Source: a virus (taxonomy: Duplodnaviria; Caudoviricetes). From it: a DNA stretch of 59,151 nucleotides. The position numbers were made by a program, and so were the translations under genes. The stretch lies in IMG/VR virus record IMGVR_UViG_3300048837_000495, positions 1 through 59,151 of that record; one strand, given 5' to 3'. The notes beneath the pieces were generated by a model. It was not told where the DNA came from. It ran no database searches and worked only from the letters and a program-made list of their open reading frames with translations. Positions 39,728 to 49,936 of this stretch are shown here, piece after piece (position 1 is the stretch's first letter; every line of letters begins with the position of its first letter).

Positions 39728-40285
39728 TTATGCTACAATCCGAGCGTCATTAACGACAAACGTATCGCCAGCGTTCAAAATAGTGTTCCAAACCAGCATA
39801 GGTGCGCCGCTTCGCGCAGACCTACTTATCATACCGGAGATGAAACACAGCCAATTGTCGTTAGAAACTATTTCAAACAGCACCGCTGTTCCGCTTTCAA
39901 CTACTTCGAGTTGTAACTCTTTGAACGGGTGGCCTCCTACGTTTGTGTTATACGCTAGGATCTTCGTATCTGCTTGCGGATCATCGCAACCGTAAACATA
40001 CATAGCGCAGTTGCTAAATATCTCGTTTATACTCCACCCATATATCAATCGTGTTTGCACCTCCAGCGAAACAAAGGCCGGGTCTGCGACATCCTCTAGT
40101 GAAACAAAGCCCGGATCTGCGACATCCTCCGGCTTCAATGACGAAACAAAGACCGGATCTGCGACATCCTCCAGCTCCCGCAACGAACGCGGAGAAAGTA
40201 CACGCTCAATCTCGTCTATCTTAGCTAACACAGACTCGTCAGCAATACGATTTCTCAGTTTCTTTAGTAGCTTTTTCAGTTTCAT
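39728..40285 (-). CDS. Hypothetical protein with three EDVADPxFVS repeats
   Basis: SD GGAGGAG before ATG 40285; repeats visible at DNA level 40068-40172. Confidence 0.65.
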   Translation of the reverse strand: MKLKKLLKKLRNRIADESVLAKIDEIERVLSPRSLRELEDVADPVFVSSLKPEDVADPGFVSLEDVADPAFVSLEVQTRLIYGWSINEIFSNCAMYVYGCDDPQADTKILAYNTNVGGHPFKELQLEVVESGTAVLFEIVSNDNWLCFISGMISRSARSGAPMLVWNTILNAGDTFVVNDARIVA

Positions 40286-41157
40286 ACTATCTCCTCCCAA
40301 GGCACCATGCTCATAAGCCGACGCATGTCTGGATGCGCTGACGGTGCGGTTCTGAGTTTCTTAATATGCGCCCACTCGGAGGCGTCGGCAGTGACTACGA
40401 TCTCGGTGCGCAGTGCGTTGGGAAGGACTGCGCGGGCTTGTTGAGGGGATAGACCATCATTCAGCATCACACCATACCTGTACTCTGCACTAATACAGGA
40501 GTCCTCAAACATTTCTCTGGAAACCTTGTTCCATCCGTCAAACCCCGCCGGCGCAACAAACTCCATTTCCTTCCCACCGTAGTTAACATACCTCGTGCTC
40601 TCCTGGGCAAAAGAACACGGGCGGTGACGTACCAGCTCATGCGACACGCCTCGGTCACAAATAAAGCGCACAGTGTGGCGGTGCAGTTCGGGAGGGATTT
40701 CGTCGAAGGGGCAGGGCATCCATTGAGTCTCGGGGCCGACAAGCGGCTTTCCGCAACGGAACAGGCTGCCGTACATAGTAAGAAACGGCGAAAAAAGCGA
40801 AGGCCTCCATCCAAGCGCACTTCCTCGCTGATACCATGCAGTAAGATTTCCGCCGACAACAACGTAATATCCGTCTACCGACCTGGCTACGTTGAGATAC
40901 TTACCTGCTACGTCTCTAATGTATTGAAGATTATCAAAGCTCGAGTCAAGTATTCGGACCACAAAGTTCGAGTGCTCAACCATTGCCAGATGCCCTGCGG
41001 CAATCAGCTTCCGCACGAACTTCTCGGCGCTGCCTGGTGTGATTTTATCCTCTGACCGGTAGCAGGTACGCCCGGCCATCTCGATAAATTTCAGAGTGCC
41101 TTCGTAATCGGTTGGAACTTTTCCAAGATAGTGTGCTTCGGGTTTTACTATTTTCAT
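40282..41157 (-). CDS. thyX: FAD-dependent thymidylate synthase
   Basis: AGRTCY.SE, GH...EH, RGVSHELVRHR..SFAQESTRY, ARAVLP, LR...AHPDMR. Confidence 0.92.
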   Translation of the reverse strand: MKIVKPEAHYLGKVPTDYEGTLKFIEMAGRTCYRSEDKITPGSAEKFVRKLIAAGHLAMVEHSNFVVRILDSSFDNLQYIRDVAGKYLNVARSVDGYYVVVGGNLTAWYQRGSALGWRPSLFSPFLTMYGSLFRCGKPLVGPETQWMPCPFDEIPPELHRHTVRFICDRGVSHELVRHRPCSFAQESTRYVNYGGKEMEFVAPAGFDGWNKVSREMFEDSCISAEYRYGVMLNDGLSPQQARAVLPNALRTEIVVTADASEWAHIKKLRTAPSAHPDMRRLMSMVPWEEIV

Positions 41158-41204
41158 GACGTGCCTCTTTGTGGTTGGTGTTGTTGTGTTATCTGGCAGG
41201 GCGC

Positions 41205-41432
41205 CTAGCGGTTCCATATTTGATTGCAGAAGTTGCACTTATCGAGGTCTGAACCATGAAGGTGGACGCAAGTATGGCAAGCTCGCTGTTCAGAAACCGG
41301 CTCATAATTATTTGTGTAATGGACTGACATCTTTGTCCCGCACTCGCAAATCACCTTGAGAGCTTTCGGATTTCCTTCGTGCTCAATGGTTTCTGTGCAT
41401 TCGCAGTTGGTACAAATCAAAGGCACTTTCAT
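41205..41432 (-). CDS. Small Cys-rich zinc-finger protein
   Basis: CTNC, CECG, CHTC, CNFC; start at ATG 41432. Confidence 0.6.
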   Translation of the reverse strand: MKVPLICTNCECTETIEHEGNPKALKVICECGTKMSVHYTNNYEPVSEQRACHTCVHLHGSDLDKCNFCNQIWNR

Positions 41433-41439
41433 TACTATC

Positions 41440-44286
41440 TCACCCCTCAAAAACCTTAACCGGCGCCTTTGCCAACACCTCTGCAACCTCTGCCATGGTA
41501 GCGCCGAGATTACCCATAGCTTTGCAGCGCATGTCAAGCTCCCAGCACGGCACGGCCGCACCGGCAATATGTGTCCCGCCGCCCAGGACTTTCCGAACCT
41601 CGGCGGGTTTCAACGCTCCGATAGCGATCAAGTCTTTCCTGGCCTGGGAGAATGACCCGAAAGCCTTCGTTATCCACGACCTGAATACTGGTCTGGATAT
41701 AAACATCTTCCCGGAGTCGGCTTCGTACCGCATGACCAAGGCCCCGCGGGGCATCTCGATTATCTGAGCAACGTCCGAGTCGCAATTCTTCACGATCAGC
41801 CGGCCAGTGGTGTGGGCGTCGATAAACTGACCGAGGACCGACACGGCATCGCCAGCCAAGCTCACCTTATCTTTCCGCATCCCCTGAATGGTCCGAGCCG
41901 CCCACTGCATAACGGGCTTAACGTCGAACTTTATCAGCCCCAAGTGAGAAGCGATCATTCCGCCGGCATAGGCCACTGAGGCCATGGCCAGCCAGAACCG
42001 CTCGTCGCCCTGGATACCGACCTTCGTGGCTATCGCATCGCGGCAGTCCTGCACTGCTTTCCTGGCGGCGTCGGAGTGGGTAACCAGCCACTTGGCGTAC
42101 TGCTCGCCGGCGTGGCCGTAATTGGCGTCGAGCATCCAGAAGAGATCCTCTGTGGTCCTTCCTCTGAATAGTGGGTGCTCGGACACCCAGTACTCAAAAA
42201 TCCTGTTCACCTCCGGGGCAGAGTTCTGTTTGAACGACGCGATCTTTTCAACGAGCGAAGTGTTCGATGAGGTAATGGCGATGGTCTGCCAGTGGTTCAG
42301 CACCCTCTTCTCGACGGCGTTACGATCAAGCCGGCCCTTCTCCCGGCCCTGGGTCATCTGGTACACGAAATTACTGCATGTCTCCGGGTCTTGGTTGGTC
42401 AACTCGTCGACCACCATGGGGATGGTGTTCAGGACGCCGAGGCGAGATATAAGCATATTACGAGTGTCTTCCTGGAGCATGATGAGGTCACTGTGCTTCC
42501 CCCATATCGAGGCAATGAGGCAGAGCATGAGCGTTTTCCCGACGCCGGACGGCCCGGCCAACGACACCACCCCTCCGCGGAAGCCAGTGTAGCGCATGAG
42601 CATCGAGCCAAACCCACCGGCCAGCAGGGCGAACGCGAATGGCTCCATGCCGGCCTTACCAAACACGCGGGTTGCTTCCGACCAAGCCTCCAGGCTGCCA
42701 GCCGAGTGAATCGCCTTCGCCGCTTCCGGGACACTGCGCGCCATGGACGCATCTTCGACGGAGCCGTCGGCATGGAAAATTTTCCGACCGAGAACGATCA
42801 TCTCGCCGCCGCCCTGACGCTCTTTCCAGCCCATCTGGCAGAGGAGCTTGGTCATCCTGCGTTTTGCCGTGAGTTGTGCTTGCCACGCTTCCATATATGC
42901 CACCATTGCTGCCTTGTTCTTTACTCCTACCGGCTTAATGTGCGAGTCGTACAACACTGTGAGCAGGGCTTTCGGATCGTTTACCAACGAGGACCGCAGG
43001 ACGCACTCCATATTCCCTTCGTGCGGCAGGTGGTGCTTTACTGCCATCACCTCGTAGCCTACCGACTCGTCATAGCATAACCTGTCAAGATACAAGTCGT
43101 AAGGATAGAACTCATACCACTGTCCGTCGCGTTCGACTTGCAGACCGTTTACCGTGCGCTTAAATCCTGGAGGGCAGTCAAGTTGCCCCGGCTGGAGTTC
43201 AAGTGCTGGCGTCTCGAGGTAACCGAGAACGATCGGGCTTTTGAGTTTGCCATTATACTTGCAGCCGATGCAGCCGGCCGGGTTCTTATCTCCGAAATTG
43301 GCACAGGTCGAGGCCCCGAGATCGCTCGAGAGCCACTGGTTCATTTTTGCCTCGACTTGGTCCGGGTCATACCCTGGGTGACCGGACGACCACTCTTGCG
43401 CCAGGTCTTGTCCATCCTCACAACGCGCCAGGAGGCCCAGGCATGAGTACCAAAGAGGCTCGGGTATGTTTCCCTGCGTCTCACGCATTGCGTTCAACTG
43501 AGCGCATTCTGACGCGATCTTGCTGGCGTAGGACGGGCGCCTTGTCTCGGGCAGGGCGAACTCGGCGTTGATGTCGGCCGAGGCCTTGGGCGGCAGGAGC
43601 GCGTGTCGCTCGATCTTTTTCTTTCTGGCCGCGGCGGACAGCGCGTTGACGAAAGTAAGGAACTCGACCTCAGGTGCTTCGTAAACGATCACTACTGGCT
43701 TTGGGTCTTTGCCGGGCTTGCGGTTCCAAGTACCAGGCGCCCTCAGTACCGAGGCGCTATCCGAGGTTCGGCTCGAGTCCCCGCCGATGGCTGGGGCGTA
43801 GGTCGCTACGACCTGCTTGAGCACCCGGGCTACCTCTTGCCACTTACTGGCGGCAAGTGCCTCGGTCAGAATCCAATGCGCGTAGAGCCCGTTGCCTGAG
43901 TTGACGACCGTCGGCATCGGCAGGCTGGTTTCGGCGACGAAGGCTTTGAGAGCGGCAGCGCCTTCCTTCTGAGACTTTAGCGGCCACTTCGGCCCGCAGT
44001 CGATGTCGAGGAAAAAATTCTTGAGGCTTACGGCATTTGCTTGGCTGCGAACTTTCATCCGCTCGCCGTTTGGGTTGGCTCGGTTATGGGCCTGGGCCGC
44101 AGTTACTTTTTCCTTATCGAAAACCGCCTGGGCAATATAGACGGTGTTGTGGTTTTTATCGAGGATCTCGAGTTGCTGAACGGCGGCGTCGAGGCCCGGG
44201 TAGAAGTAATGCCGAAACCCTCCAGATGGGAGGAGCATGGCAACGCAGTATAGACCGCCCTTCGGTAGGAGCTTTTCAAGAAACAC
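41440..44286 (-). CDS. Primase-helicase fusion (AEP/RepB-like primase, Cys cluster, DUF927, P-loop)
   Basis: FLDID, SGNGLYAHW, VLRAPGT.NRK; C...NPAGCIGC; GPSGVGKT and MVVDE. Confidence 0.85.
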   Translation of the reverse strand: MFLEKLLPKGGLYCVAMLLPSGGFRHYFYPGLDAAVQQLEILDKNHNTVYIAQAVFDKEKVTAAQAHNRANPNGERMKVRSQANAVSLKNFFLDIDCGPKWPLKSQKEGAAALKAFVAETSLPMPTVVNSGNGLYAHWILTEALAASKWQEVARVLKQVVATYAPAIGGDSSRTSDSASVLRAPGTWNRKPGKDPKPVVIVYEAPEVEFLTFVNALSAAARKKKIERHALLPPKASADINAEFALPETRRPSYASKIASECAQLNAMRETQGNIPEPLWYSCLGLLARCEDGQDLAQEWSSGHPGYDPDQVEAKMNQWLSSDLGASTCANFGDKNPAGCIGCKYNGKLKSPIVLGYLETPALELQPGQLDCPPGFKRTVNGLQVERDGQWYEFYPYDLYLDRLCYDESVGYEVMAVKHHLPHEGNMECVLRSSLVNDPKALLTVLYDSHIKPVGVKNKAAMVAYMEAWQAQLTAKRRMTKLLCQMGWKERQGGGEMIVLGRKIFHADGSVEDASMARSVPEAAKAIHSAGSLEAWSEATRVFGKAGMEPFAFALLAGGFGSMLMRYTGFRGGVVSLAGPSGVGKTLMLCLIASIWGKHSDLIMLQEDTRNMLISRLGVLNTIPMVVDELTNQDPETCSNFVYQMTQGREKGRLDRNAVEKRVLNHWQTIAITSSNTSLVEKIASFKQNSAPEVNRIFEYWVSEHPLFRGRTTEDLFWMLDANYGHAGEQYAKWLVTHSDAARKAVQDCRDAIATKVGIQGDERFWLAMASVAYAGGMIASHLGLIKFDVKPVMQWAARTIQGMRKDKVSLAGDAVSVLGQFIDAHTTGRLIVKNCDSDVAQIIEMPRGALVMRYEADSGKMFISRPVFRSWITKAFGSFSQARKDLIAIGALKPAEVRKVLGGGTHIAGAAVPCWELDMRCKAMGNLGATMAEVAEVLAKAPVKVFEG

Positions 44287-44331
44287 CTAGCCACCTTCGC
44301 AAATAGGTTAGTGAAGAAGGACAGTATATAC

Positions 44332-44622
44332 CTATTTGCCGGCCATCTGCGCAACTACCTTTCGCAGGTAAGTGAGTTTCTCCTTGGGCTTGAGCTTTTG
44401 CTCGATCGGCAGCAACCCGGCCTCGACCGCCTTATTCAGCCGCGTCGCCAGGGTGTAGGCGATGTTCAGGCGCAGTTTGTCCTTGGGCTGGAGGGACTTT
44501 GTCCATCGGTAGAGCGATACTCGGCTGATACCAGAGAGCGCTGCGAACGCCGCCCAGGTAATAGCGGAAGCTTCTCTTGCTTGCATGACGACCAGTACTT
44601 TCGGATCAATTTTTTCTGCCAT
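44332..44622 (-). CDS. HTH DNA-binding protein
   Basis: FAALSGISRVSLYRW. Confidence 0.7.
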   Translation of the reverse strand: MAEKIDPKVLVVMQAREASAITWAAFAALSGISRVSLYRWTKSLQPKDKLRLNIAYTLATRLNKAVEAGLLPIEQKLKPKEKLTYLRKVVAQMAGK

Positions 44623-44709
44623 GATGTCCTCGTAAGAAAGTTGGTTTTACTGCCTAAAGCCCGGTCGCTTGCGCGATCCCGGGCTCGAGGATTAAGGGTT
44701 GGCTATCAA

Positions 44710-45759
44710 CTACAGACCAAGCTCCAAACGAAGCTCGTCGTCGGTGGGTCCGGCACCGCCAGCACTTACCAACTCAGGCTCGACGGTTTCCGACTGGTCG
44801 TCATCAAGACCAAGATCCAGATCGACATTCTGCGCGGCCTTGGCAGCGGCGGCTTTTTCCTCGGCTTCCTTCTTGGCCTTTGCCTCGGCTGCGGCTTTGC
44901 GTTTGGCAGCGGCGTCGGCTTTCTTCTTGGCTTCGGCCTCAACCGTCGCGCTCGGATCGGGAGCGGGAGCAGGAGCGTGAGCGGGAGCCGGCGTCGGGTT
45001 GGCCGGCAAAGCTCTCGGTGCGGCAGCACTGCGGCCTACAATCTCCTCGACCTCCGGGGACTGCGCCAGTTCCGCGAGCTTGGCAACCGATTTCTCCGGG
45101 ACGTAGCCGCCGAAGTTGAACACGTAGACCGGGAAGGATGCGGTCATGTCGAAGCCGATCAGCGTTTGCGCCATACCGAGCGGGATACCAGCACCAGAAA
45201 GCGATTTGACATAAAGCCCGAAATTCTTGAGGGATGCCGGCATGATTTTCAGCTCAAAGACGCCGTACTCGGGAACCACGACGGCGAGGATCTTGGCGTC
45301 GGCGCAGCGTTTGCCCTTGGTGGGGGCGCCGTTCTGGTCAATGCCGCTGCCCCAGGCGTTGAACTGGCAGGTAGCACACTGGTCGCTCTGCGGAGTAAGC
45401 ACCGCGGCGTCGGGACGGATGCCGTCGCTCGATTGGCAGTCGGGCGCCTCGGGCGGATTGGCCGGGTTGTAGGCCTTGAGGTACAAGGTCTTGCTGATTT
45501 CCTTCTTGGCACGGAGGACGATTACCCGCAGGTAAACATTGCCATCCGGTCCAGCGACCATTTTTGCGGGTGGATAGGGCTTCTCTTCTCCGTTTCCATC
45601 GACGAGGTTGAACTGCTTGCCGTTGGCCTTGATCCGAGCGGGTACCCCGGTCGAGATGCCGGCGGCGGCGTCTTCGTTCTGCGCCCGGGCAAGCTCGGGG
45701 TTGAGGATGTAAGCGGGAACATCTGCTTTGTTCGGTACTACGAGTGCATTTTCAGCCAT
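44710..45759 (-). CDS. Putative ssDNA-binding/annealing protein
   Basis: PDC.SSDG..PD, C.TC.FN.WGS, GKRC; acidic C-terminal tail; replication module. Confidence 0.6.
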   Translation of the reverse strand: MAENALVVPNKADVPAYILNPELARAQNEDAAAGISTGVPARIKANGKQFNLVDGNGEEKPYPPAKMVAGPDGNVYLRVIVLRAKKEISKTLYLKAYNPANPPEAPDCQSSDGIRPDAAVLTPQSDQCATCQFNAWGSGIDQNGAPTKGKRCADAKILAVVVPEYGVFELKIMPASLKNFGLYVKSLSGAGIPLGMAQTLIGFDMTASFPVYVFNFGGYVPEKSVAKLAELAQSPEVEEIVGRSAAAPRALPANPTPAPAHAPAPAPDPSATVEAEAKKKADAAAKRKAAAEAKAKKEAEEKAAAAKAAQNVDLDLGLDDDQSETVEPELVSAGGAGPTDDELRLELGL

Positions 45760-45794
45760 GGTTGTTGCTCCTTGATTGTTTGTGATGTTGCCGG

Positions 45795-46523
45795 TTACGC
45801 CCGGCGAATCTTAACATCCTTGATACGAACCCAGTTTACCCCGGCCGGAGGAGTCTCTCCGTCCTCGAGGCGCTGTTTGACGGCGGTCTTACTGACACGG
45901 CTTTCCAGGAAGTGCTTACGAGTTGCGAAGTCCTCCTCGACCCACCCAAAGAACGCCTCCTTATCGGCGACGGTGGCCGACTCTTTGAACTCAACGAACG
46001 CAGTGCCGTGCGCAGTTTTGATGCTGGCTTTCTCCCCTCCCCCCAGCTTGTCCAGCTCCACCAGTAGCCACTGCGCACGGCGTTCCTGCAAGGCTTTCAG
46101 GTTTGCCTCGGCTTCCTCGAACTCTTTTTTCAGTTTGGAGATTTCGTCGCGGGTCTTGACGAACGCGGCGATCACTTGGTCGGCGGTAATTTTTGCTGGC
46201 TCTGGCATTGGTTTCTCCTCTTCGGTAAACACCGCCGCGGCGACAACCGGCGGGAGGTGATCTGTTTTTGCCGGAACTTCCGGCACGAAATTTTCTCGGC
46301 GGTTATTTCCCAAGGCGCCCTCCTCAATGGCGACGATGCGCCTTTCGTTTATGATTAACTCCCGATCGGACTCGCTCACTCGCACACACCACTCATTATC
46401 GAGCCGCTCGACGACAGTGGCCTTGCGCTGGACTTTCCAAGCGGGATCAAGCCAAACGATCTTCACGCCTTGGACGATGAGGTCATCGTCAACCCCGAAT
46501 ATGAAAGGCTTGTAAGTAATCAT
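45795..46523 (-). CDS. Hypothetical protein with coiled coil
   Basis: SIKTAHGT, LESRVSKTAVK..PAGVNW. Confidence 0.7.
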   Translation of the reverse strand: MITYKPFIFGVDDDLIVQGVKIVWLDPAWKVQRKATVVERLDNEWCVRVSESDRELIINERRIVAIEEGALGNNRRENFVPEVPAKTDHLPPVVAAAVFTEEEKPMPEPAKITADQVIAAFVKTRDEISKLKKEFEEAEANLKALQERRAQWLLVELDKLGGGEKASIKTAHGTAFVEFKESATVADKEAFFGWVEEDFATRKHFLESRVSKTAVKQRLEDGETPPAGVNWVRIKDVKIRRA

Positions 46524-46529
46524 GTAAAC

Positions 46530-46558
46530 ACCGTAACATAATTTTCAGAGCGAGTCAA
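46530..46558 (-). promoter_or_regulatory. Putative sigma70 promoter, likely leaderless for the ORF starting at 46523
   Basis: TTGACT-17bp-TACGGT with TG extension; closely resembles the promoter at 12621. Confidence 0.55.
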
Positions 46559-46588
46559 CTACTTTTTGTTGCTTGTGTTGCAGAAATT

Positions 46589-48151
46589 TTATACCTCGGT
46601 GTTTGCCAGCGACAACACCACATCCTGCAACCGGCCCTTGTCGCGCAGTACCGAGTAGATACGTTTCTCCTCGGCGGTGGCGTAGATGCAGGCGATGTCC
46701 ATTTTTACTTTTTGTTTCGAGCCATCCATGCGAGCGTTTGCCTGCTGGTAAACCTCTGCTTTCCATGTCGGAGCGTACCAGATCGACAACGACGCCGCGG
46801 TGAGGTCCAGGCCGTGAGCCATAACCTGCGGGTGGCAGACGAGGACGTGCGGGTCTTTTGCCGAGCGAAACCGCTGGAAGATGTCAGTCCTCTTGCCAGC
46901 CGACACCCGGCCATCGACAATCTCGACCGACCAGCGTTTGCGCAGCTCGGAGGCCACGGCGTCAAGCGCCCCGGTGAATGGGACGAACACCAGGACTTTT
47001 TCGTTGTTCTCTTCAACCAACTCCTCAAGGACTTTCAGCCTCGGGCCGAAGTCGATCTTGACGAAGCCGCCGTTGGCGTCGATGACTACTCCGCAACTGG
47101 TCTGCACGATCTTCGATACCAGCACGGCAGCGTTGACCGCTGTCACCGTGGCCCCGCGAACCTCGCTTGCCGCGTACTGAATGAGCTGCTTGTAGGCTTT
47201 CGCCTGCTCCTGGCTCAGTTCGGCCCGGCGCTCGATAAAGCACGGTTGCATGTCGGTGCAGACCGATCGCTCGAACCTGATAGACGGCTTCAAAATCCTC
47301 GCCACGCTCTCCTCATGACCGCGCTTCGGCACCCATTTGAACTGGTTGATTTGCAGCATGGTTTCGTGCTTGAAGCTGGTGAAATGCCCCTTGTAGTTCA
47401 CCGGGTTGATGAGCTTTGCTTGGCCGAAGGCATCGGTCGGCTCGTTCGGTGTCGGCGTCCCGGTAAGGCCCCAGGCTGACCGAGCGATACCTTGACCGTT
47501 GATAATCCGGTTGAGCGGCTTGAACAGCGTATTCGCCCTGGCGTTACGGAATGTTGCAACCTCGTCGACGATAACGAGGTCGATGTCCGGTCGGTCCTTG
47601 AGCGCGGCCTCGACAAGCCCCACGCCATGATGGTTGATAATGTAAAAGTCGTGCTTCTTTGCGAGCAGGTCATGCCGCTTTTCCCGGCTGCCGTGCAGGA
47701 CGGCAAAAGTTCTCAGCGGGAACGACTCGAAAATGTTGGTCTGCCACACGTCCCATAAAGTGGACAGCGGGGCCACAATCAGGGTACTTCCGATCTTCCC
47801 GGCCCGGCGCAGGTAGTCGGCAGCCCAGAGCGCAGCAAGGGTTTTCCCGGTGCGCTGCTGGCTGAGAACAAAGGCTCTCGAGTTCAGCGTCAAGAACTCG
47901 GCCGTGTCGATCTGGTACCACCTCGGACGATATCTCCCTGGCCAGTCGTAAGCGGTCCTGATCGGGCTTGGCGCCTTCACTCCGACGTTGTTCAAAATCC
48001 GCACGATGTCCAGGCTGTGCGGCAGGGCGCAGTAAGTTTCCCCCTTGATCCTGGCCTCCTTGACGAGGTTCGGAAACAAAAGCCTGAGCTGGCCCGGGTC
48101 GTGCTGGAGGACGAGGTGGTTGTTTATTACTCTGGGTGCGGGTGCGGTCAT
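46589..48151 (-). CDS. SNF2-family (SF2) helicase
   Basis: RTGKT, IVDE, LTGTP, HGLDLT, QANAR. Confidence 0.9.
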   Translation of the reverse strand: MTAPAPRVINNHLVLQHDPGQLRLLFPNLVKEARIKGETYCALPHSLDIVRILNNVGVKAPSPIRTAYDWPGRYRPRWYQIDTAEFLTLNSRAFVLSQQRTGKTLAALWAADYLRRAGKIGSTLIVAPLSTLWDVWQTNIFESFPLRTFAVLHGSREKRHDLLAKKHDFYIINHHGVGLVEAALKDRPDIDLVIVDEVATFRNARANTLFKPLNRIINGQGIARSAWGLTGTPTPNEPTDAFGQAKLINPVNYKGHFTSFKHETMLQINQFKWVPKRGHEESVARILKPSIRFERSVCTDMQPCFIERRAELSQEQAKAYKQLIQYAASEVRGATVTAVNAAVLVSKIVQTSCGVVIDANGGFVKIDFGPRLKVLEELVEENNEKVLVFVPFTGALDAVASELRKRWSVEIVDGRVSAGKRTDIFQRFRSAKDPHVLVCHPQVMAHGLDLTAASLSIWYAPTWKAEVYQQANARMDGSKQKVKMDIACIYATAEEKRIYSVLRDKGRLQDVVLSLANTEV

Positions 48152-48360
48152 TCAGAACCAGCCGGTAAAATCTCAACAACGTTACCCCACGGCACGTACT
48201 CATCACCCCCGTAGGCGTTTCTCTTTGTCCAGCAATGTGTTTTTGAAACCTGCGTGACTACTCCGATGCGCTCACATTTCTTCCTCGGGCTTATAAACTT
48301 CACTTCGCGCCCGAGGACATCTTCGATTTTGAGTTGTTTGATTGTGTGGTAGTTTAGCAT
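48148..48360 (-). CDS. Hypothetical protein
   Basis: 70-aa ORF coupled to the helicase start. Confidence 0.5.
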   Translation of the reverse strand: MLNYHTIKQLKIEDVLGREVKFISPRKKCERIGVVTQVSKTHCWTKRNAYGGDEYVPWGNVVEILPAGSE

Positions 48361-48389
48361 TTGGTTGATTGCAATTCGTTATTTATCGG

Positions 48390-48686
48390 TCATTTGTTGC
48401 AGAATAACTGGCACCAAACCCAGGTGTTCATTGGCACACATGCATTTGCGAGAGCATCGCCAATAAACTCTTTTTCATCGGATTCAAGGTGGACATAGGC
48501 GTAGATCCCGTTTTCATTTTCATCGTTCGCGGCGATGACGGCGCACCCGGTAACGATCTCATTCGTCATTAGGTCGGATGGAATAGGCAGCGCCGGAATC
48601 AATGCGACCATAAACGCCTTTCCTATCTTTTTCTCTGACAATTCAACTCGAAGTTCTCGTTGCATTTCCTTCTCCACGTTCTGCAA
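48390..48686 (-). CDS. Hypothetical protein
   Basis: ORF; likely start at the internal ATG after GGAGAAGG. Confidence 0.55.
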   Translation of the reverse strand: MQNVEKEMQRELRVELSEKKIGKAFMVALIPALPIPSDLMTNEIVTGCAVIAANDENENGIYAYVHLESDEKEFIGDALANACVPMNTWVWCQLFCNK

Positions 48687-48697
48687 GATATTAGTTT

Positions 48698-49033
48698 CTA
48701 CTCAACCACCGATTTCAACCACTCCTCAAAAACCTTCAACGACTCGATCCCATCAACAACAAACACCGCACCACCCGATGCGCGGATGGCCTTGATCTGG
48801 AGGAGTTGAAACCCAGTTGGCTCCTTACCCGGTGCCTTGGCCTCAACGGCGAAAAACTTACCACGATAATGCCCGATAATATCAGGCACACCGCGCACCG
48901 ACATCGGCCCCTGCACAGCGAAGTAACTCCAGCCGGCAGCCTCCGAAAACGTTCCTGCTTTACTGGCCGGCTGGATGTCATAAGTGTTGAGAAGATCACG
49001 GATTAGTTTTTTTACTTTGCCTTCGGGGGTCAT
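48698..49033 (-). CDS. VRR-NUC domain nuclease
   Basis: MTPEGKVK, GVPDII, FAVEAKAPG, PT..Q. Confidence 0.85.
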   Translation of the reverse strand: MTPEGKVKKLIRDLLNTYDIQPASKAGTFSEAAGWSYFAVQGPMSVRGVPDIIGHYRGKFFAVEAKAPGKEPTGFQLLQIKAIRASGGAVFVVDGIESLKVFEEWLKSVVE

Positions 49034-49199
49034 TGGGTTTCCCAGTATAATATGCGCTGGCGCTTCTCAGGGGTGCAGGCCCTCAGCGCCGAATGCTTTC
49101 CTGCACTGCTTCAACATACCCACTCCTGGCCCAGCCAGGTGATACCTGTTCATTCAGGTCGTAGCGTTTGGCAACGGCGTCGGCTACGGGCACACTAAG

Positions 49200-49727
49200 T
49201 TATTTCAACCCATCACGATCCCAAAGCGCCATCAAGTACCCGGCTTGCCACTCTGCGTCGTCGACGGCTTTATGGGCGGTGCCTTCCCAGGTAATCTTAA
49301 CCGGCGGATACGTATTACGAACGGTTCGGAAACAGCGGACGTTTCGATAAGACCACGGGGGATCGTCGCTAATGCGGTGATATGCTTGGCCGAGTATCGT
49401 TATGTCGAAATCCGCACCGTTTCCCCAGACGCAGAAGTCATCGCCGAGCTTCTCAACCCACAGCGTGAACTGCTCAAGTGCGTGAGGGAGAAGGATGGTT
49501 TTCCCTTTGAACTCGGCCCGAGCCTCGTCGCTCTGCGCCATCCACCACACGATTGTCGATGCGTCGACGATACCACCAGATGCCATGGCGGAAGCGAGGT
49601 CTACTTTTATGTAGAAGCGATCAAGAATCTCCTGGCCTGGAAGGTCGAAAGCTACAGCACCGATAGCGATGATCGCTGCGTCCGGTTTCGTTGACAGCGT
49701 TTCGAGGTCAATCAGTACGTGTTTCAT
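49200..49727 (-). CDS. DEDDh 3'-5' exonuclease
   Basis: IDLETL, WGNGADFD, HKAVDDA; start ATG 49727. Confidence 0.85.
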   Translation of the reverse strand: MKHVLIDLETLSTKPDAAIIAIGAVAFDLPGQEILDRFYIKVDLASAMASGGIVDASTIVWWMAQSDEARAEFKGKTILLPHALEQFTLWVEKLGDDFCVWGNGADFDITILGQAYHRISDDPPWSYRNVRCFRTVRNTYPPVKITWEGTAHKAVDDAEWQAGYLMALWDRDGLK

Positions 49728-49936
49728 ATCAGTTCCTCTATGCGATCCGGGCGAATCTCCTGTCCGTGTACTCTGTCCCACATGGCGAACAAGCACGAAC
49801 AATCCCAGCACAGCGAGTCTGCTTTAGTATACTCTGACGTAACTCGAACAAGTTTCATTCTTCGGTTGCACGTTGGGCACACAGGGCGTTCTGTTGATTT
49901 CAATACTCTTGACATCATCCCCTCCTCATCTCGCAC
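49724..49936 (-). CDS. Small zinc-ribbon protein
   Basis: CPTC...CWDC. Confidence 0.55.
   Translation of the reverse strand: MRDEEGMMSRVLKSTERPVCPTCNRRMKLVRVTSEYTKADSLCWDCSCLFAMWDRVHGQEIRPDRIEELI

Noticed and set aside
44311-46260. 649-aa + strand ORF
   Set aside because: Antisense shadow of three motif-bearing - strand genes in GC-rich DNA; no recognisable motifs
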